DNA from: Octopus sinensis
Lineage: Eukaryota
Length of the DNA: 13,669 nucleotides
Direction of reading: 5' to 3'
Assembly (NCBI RefSeq): GCF_006345805.1
Contig: NW_021826070.1
Coordinates: 1 to 13,669 of the forward strand
Position 1 is the stretch's first letter; the number at the start of each line of letters is the position of its first letter. The notes under the pieces are model-generated. The model made no database searches, had not been told where the DNA came from, and was given only the letters and a program-made list of their open reading frames with translations. The position numbers and the translations under genes are program-made. Positions 9,085 through 13,669 of this stretch are shown piece after piece.

Positions 9085-9155
9085 TAGGCGTAGGTGTGGC
9101 TGTGTGGTAAGTAGTTTGCTTCCCAACCACATGGTTCGGGTTCAACTCCTGTTGC
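9085..9155 (+). mobile_element. Isolated tRNA-like head of SINE family A
   Basis: taggcgtaggtgtggctgtgtggtaagtagtttgcttcccaaccacatggttcgggttcaactcc; similarity to family A stops after this. Confidence 0.85.
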
Positions 9156-9267
9156 TTTTTGTTTTGAAATCACTTGAAATTACTCGCATCAAAACTATGT
9201 ATTGATAATGAAGAGGTAAAAAATTCCTTAACAGTAAGTACCATAATGTATTTTTTTGCAATATATT

Positions 9268-9650
9268 GGAAGCACTCCGTCGGTTACGACGACGAGGGTT
9301 CCGGTTGATCCGAATCAACGGAACAGCCTGCTCGTGAAATTAACGTGTAAGCGGCTGAGCACTCCACAGACTCGTGTACCCTTAACGTAGTTCTCGGGGA
9401 TATTCAGCGTGACACAGAGAGTGACAAGGCCGGCCCCTTGAAATACAGGTACAACAGAAACAGGAAGTAAGAGTGAGAGAAAGTTATGGTGAAAGAGTAC
9501 AGCAGGGATCACCACCATCCCCTGCCGGAGCCTCGTTGAGCTTTAGGTGTTTTCGCTCAATAAACACTCACAACGCCCGGTCTGGGAATCGAAACCGCGA
9601 TCCTATGACCGCGAGTCCGCTGCCCTAACCACTGCGCCATTGCGCCTCCA
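9268..9650 (-). mobile_element. SINE family C, copy 2, full length
   Basis: Reverse complement of 3021-3405 with about 9 differences by my count. Perfect TSD tgcaatatatt (9257-9267 / 9651-9661). Confidence 0.93.
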
Positions 9651-10689
9651 TGCAATATATTAATGCTCCCATGAAACAAAGAATACTTATTTTGTTTCTT
9701 TATCTGAAATATTTCGTTAAAACTACGCTTTTTGTGATTAAGATTATGCCTCTTTGGTTTGGCTAATACGGCTAAAAAGAATGGCTCGTTATCTCAGGAT
9801 GACTTATATTCTTATTTCTCTCTAAATGAATAAATAAATATTTTTTTCTGATGATTAATCTTGGATTTGAATGTATAGCATGTATTTAATCTACGTTTGA
9901 ATACAAATACGAAAAACGTGCTCTAAAATACGCTTCCTTAAATCTTGGAAATTAATCTTAGTTCATTCTGTTTAAATATATGATTTTTTTTCTCTATTTT
10001 CAATCCTTCTAGATTAATTCTGGAAATAGGAATTGGTTTAATTATTGTTCTTAAATCATTTTAGAGCAATAATTGCTTTTTTATATTTTGTCTTTACTTA
10101 GTTTATTTTTTTGGTATTTTTTGCTATAGCTTAGCCAAAGTAGGAAGAGCATTGGCATTGATATTTTTCGCAAGGACTCAACAATTGCTTAAGGCAGGGA
10201 GAAACTCACGGGTTTTATAAAGGAACCCTGAGTCTCGGTGGACGTAATGAGTAAAAAGAAGCTGTTAACAGATGCGGGTATAAGTCTGTAGTTAAGAAGT
10301 TGATTATTTCCTGATAGAAAGAGTTCCACCATAAACATGTCTTATAAGTATTTTTTCTGAAAATGGTAAACCAAATATTTTGATGGCAAGCATCACCTTT
10401 GAATATTTCATAGCAATAATCTGTTCCTAGCAACAGAAAATTGAATGCATTTCTTAAATACAATCCCTTATATCATCTGCAATCAAAAGGATTGCAGAAT
10501 AAACGGTGGTTAAAGCTCTCACTTTTGCCACCACCACCCCACCAGACAGTTAAATGTATTATTCTTCATGCTAATAGGCCAAATAGTCCTGCACTAATGG
10601 GTGGGTAGTAATTTATCACCTCAACTATATCCTATTCTACAGATGAGCAGGTGTGGTAAAAAAAAGTATTGGTTCAACACCAAAAATTG

Positions 10690-11160
10690 CAAACTTAGCA
10701 ATGTTAGCAACTGAGCAGAGACAACATAGGGTCAAGAAGATATTTTGGCTTGTCAAGGACATGACAACCTCTCTGATATAATACACCCAATACACTCTGT
10801 AAAGAAGTCGGTTACAGAAGAACATCTAGTTCTAGATCTAAAACCAAAAACTGAAACTTACAAAGAAGACATTGTTCCTCTGACCCCCTTTATGAAGGTA
10901 GTAAATCCATATAAGGACCAAAATGGACTGTGATGACCATCTAGACTACACTAGTTTGGAAAACCAACGTATAACGATGATAATAATGGAATCAATCTAC
11001 ATAAGTCAGAGTGACAATTCAGTCCATGTTTATAACTTTCCGAGGATGTGAAACCAGTATACTAAACAAATATTCATCAATTAATAAGACTCTTATTTAC
11101 AAATAGAGGCATGATACCTATTTTGTTGACATGGGCCATTTGAGAGTTAAATTTCTTAGG
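10690..11160 (+). pseudogene. Possible highly decayed non-LTR retrotransposon APE endonuclease fragment
   Basis: Colinear broken-frame motifs: DILACQGH (10739; cf. DIxxLQE), ENQRITMII and SVHVYNFP (cf. RI...VYAP), and RHDTYFVDMGHLRVK (11107; cf. HDxxIVMGDFNAK). All are degenerate. Confidence 0.4.
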
Positions 11161-11695
11161 ACAAAAAGCGGCAACAAAATAAGACAATACAAACCATTCA
11201 CCCCTTTATCAGAGGTCTGATATTACTGACTTGGTCATATGATTCTTCAGAAAAATATAAATTTATGGTGTATTATATATTACCAAGTACCTCTAAATTA
11301 AAATGGTCAGCAACATACAATGTATAAATTACAAAAAATTCAACATGTCAAATTCATTGGCATGACAATTTAAATCTAGAACATGAAAATGTGACACACC
11401 CATTATAATTTTCAAATAAGCAAAATCTGTTTGACAAATTCAACTTTTAAATATTGTTTTAACATATACTGAAATAAATTTTTGAAAAATACTAAAATGA
11501 ATTCTAATCCTGTTGCATTACTACAATTATACACATATAAATATAACACCTAACAGTAATAATAATCATTTGCATTATAATAAAATGTACATAAAAATTC
11601 TATGTAAGTTTATTCCATAACTACATTAATATATTTACCAATTAAATCACAATATACACACACATGCCTGTTCTCTATAAATCCTATATTATTTT

Positions 11696-11791
11696 GGTAC
11701 TTACTTTAATGAATAAAATTTCCGTATTGTTGAAATATATTGTGATGAATTTCATGCTAAAAACGTTGCTTACATTTTACTCAGGCTGATA
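11696..11791 (+). mobile_element. Mariner 3' terminal fragment (last codons, 3' UTR, TIR and TA)
   Basis: ggt act tac ttt aat gaa taa encodes GTYFNE*, matching the mariner C-terminal GxYF. TIR aaaacgttgcttacattttactcaggctga (11760-11789) is followed by TA and is 25/30 identical to the TIR at 13174-13203. Confidence 0.75.
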
Positions 11792-11995
11792 GTATTCGCT
11801 GCACGCATGTCTTTTATTTTGTTCATGCTGTATTGGTTTTTCTTTTTAAGGTTCTTCATTCCCTTGTCTTCGTTGTAGCCATTCTGAAGAAAGAGCTCCT
11901 TCTCAACATTTCAACTTATCTTGCTGTTAAACATCACCTTACATTTTATTCTTTTTGATTTTTACGCACCACCCGACAGTTTGGAAATATCTTTC

Positions 11996-12611
11996 AGTTA
12001 TAGTGGATGAGTTCAGCAGTACACCACCAAACAGTTACCATAACTTTCTTTTTGAAGAGCTCGGGTTTAGGGAACGTCTTTGGTGCTTCACTTTGTTCCA
12101 ACCATTGCAAAGAACGTTTTTTTTTTATTATTATTGTACAGAATCCACTTTTCATTTCAAGTTAGAATACGGCCGAGAAATAGCTCGATCTGGTTACGGA
12201 GAAGAAGAGGCGAGCAAATTTCATATCTGCGCATTTTCTGATTTTCGTTCAAATCGTGTGGTACCCATTTGTCGAGCATTTTTGATTTTCCGATCGCATG
12301 CAAATGGATGCAGGCAGTTTTCTGGCTAACTTGAAGTACTTTTGCCAGTTCTCGAGAGGTTTTACGTGAATCTTTCTCAATGACGGTCTTAAATTGACCG
12401 TCATCGATGATAGATGGGCGTCCACTACGCTCACGATCTTCAAGGCTCAGGTCCCCACTGCGAAATTGTTTAAACCATTTTCGAGCTGACCACTCACTGG
12501 TCATTTCCTCGCCAAACAGTTTGTTGAGATCGCGAGCAGTTTCAGCTGCTTTACGCCTTTTTCGAAGTTGCATAGCAAAATTGCTCGAATATCACGCTTT
12601 GACATTTCCAT
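11996..12611 (-). pseudogene. Mariner transposase pseudogene (HTH domains, WVPHxL linker, start of catalytic domain)
   Basis: Translation: MEMSKRDIRAILLCNF / frameshift / KAAETARDLN...WFKQFRSGDLSLEDRERSGRP...WVPHDL...FLGRILT*NEKWILYNN / RSLQWL...PKPEL / QKKVMVTVWW...LIHYN. The TCDEKW motif is mutated to T*NEKW and the rest of the catalytic domain is absent. Confidence 0.93.
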
Positions 12612-12718
12612 TTCAGATGTTTGTAACAACGGTGAATAAAATATCAATGTTAATTTATTGATGCATTTGAGCAAGTCTATGTCTGTATTTTCAGACAACT
12701 GCAAAAAAAAAAAAAACA

Positions 12719-13123
12719 CGCAGGAGTGGCTGTGTGGTAAGTAGCTTGCTAACCAACCACATGGTTCCGGGTTCAGTCCCAGTGCGTGGCATCTTGGGCA
12801 AGTCTCTTCTGCTATAGCCCCGGGCCGACCAATGCCTTGTGAGTGGATTTGGTACACGGAAACTGAAAGAAGCCCGTCGTATATATGTATATATATGTAT
12901 ATATGTGTGCGTGTTTGTGTGTCTGTGTTTGTCCCCCTAGCATTGCTTGACAACCGATGCTGGTGTGTTTACGTCCCCGCCACTTAGCGGTTCGGCAAAA
13001 GAGACCGATAGAATAAGTACTGGGCTTACAAAGAATAAGTCCCGGGGTCGATTTGCTCGATTAAAGGCGGTGCTCCAGCATGGCCCAGTCAAATGACTGA
13101 AACAAATAAAAGAGTAAAAGAGT
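12719..13123 (+). mobile_element. SINE family A, copy 5
   Basis: Near-identical to copy 4 outside the central microsatellite; lies between the mariner TIR and the transposase ATG. Confidence 0.93.
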
Positions 13124-13669
13124 TTAAAAAATTCAAATCTTTGCAAAAATCTAGTACAAATTCTTCATGGTTCAAAACGTGGCTTACTTTTTACTCAACT
13201 TGATAGTTAGATGTGTTAATCATGGAAAATGAATGAGGGTTGTCACGCAGAACTTCAAGTCACACTCTTAGTAAAAATAACAGCAGGTCTGTTTCTTGTC
13301 TCATTCCGCGTAGAAGATGTTAACGTGCTCCACTGGGCACATCCGGCTCCCGTTCGGACTGTGATTGAAGGGAACAGAGGCAGATCATTCTAACCCAACT
13401 TAAACGGTTGCTTCTCTATTGTTGTTTCGTAGCCAAACCCTAAAAGTTTTTCCCTATGTGTTTTTAGACATTTTTTTATGAGCTTTCTTTCATAATCTAT
13501 TATTTGTTATCTGTCTTTATGTTATTTAGACTAATTTTTAGCGCATTCTTTGTATAACGTACCTGATGCTTCCATCTCGTTTATCTACGCAATTTGTTTA
13601 AAGAAACCCACGCGTTTTGTAACGCACTAGTTTTAAATTTTCACACGTTTGTACGCATGAATGAGTTGT

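Larger units (their letters stand above)
11996..13203 (-). mobile_element. Mariner (Tc1/mariner) transposon, 5' half, with a SINE inserted in its 5' UTR
   Basis: Minus strand begins TA+tcaagttgagtaaaaagtaagccacgtttt, similar to the Hsmar1-type TIR as I recall it. About 185 bp of leader (after removing the SINE) precedes the transposase start. Confidence 0.88.

Noticed and set aside
12157-12573. 138-aa ORF as an active or domesticated transposase
   Set aside because: The N-terminus is frameshifted, there is an in-frame stop with the first catalytic Asp changed to Asn, and the remaining catalytic domain is missing.
13555-13620. cctgatg...gaaac motif near the window end
   Set aside because: The core reads CTGATGC and no stem II or stem I pairing can be drawn.

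Overview
AT-rich eukaryotic non-coding DNA (intronic or intergenic). Its repeat families match my recollection of Octopus interspersed repeats; this is an inference, not a database result. I find no credible host protein-coding exon, and nearly all listed ORFs are artefacts of SINEs or microsatellites. The window contains four tRNA-derived SINE families: A (5 copies plus a lone head), B (Nin-like, 4 copies, one dimeric and nested), C (2 near-identical inverted copies with TSDs) and D (CORE-like). It also holds a decayed, rearranged mariner transposon, hAT-like remnants, a probable decayed LINE endonuclease fragment, a Penelope-like fragment with a degenerate minimal hammerhead ribozyme, and large compound microsatellites. 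The signals least explained by these repeats are a dense homeodomain-site cluster (6423-6483), a 49-bp-arm palindrome (8212-8317) and a pre-miRNA-sized hairpin (3445-3499). Nothing here demonstrates a new biological system; these are testable candidates only.
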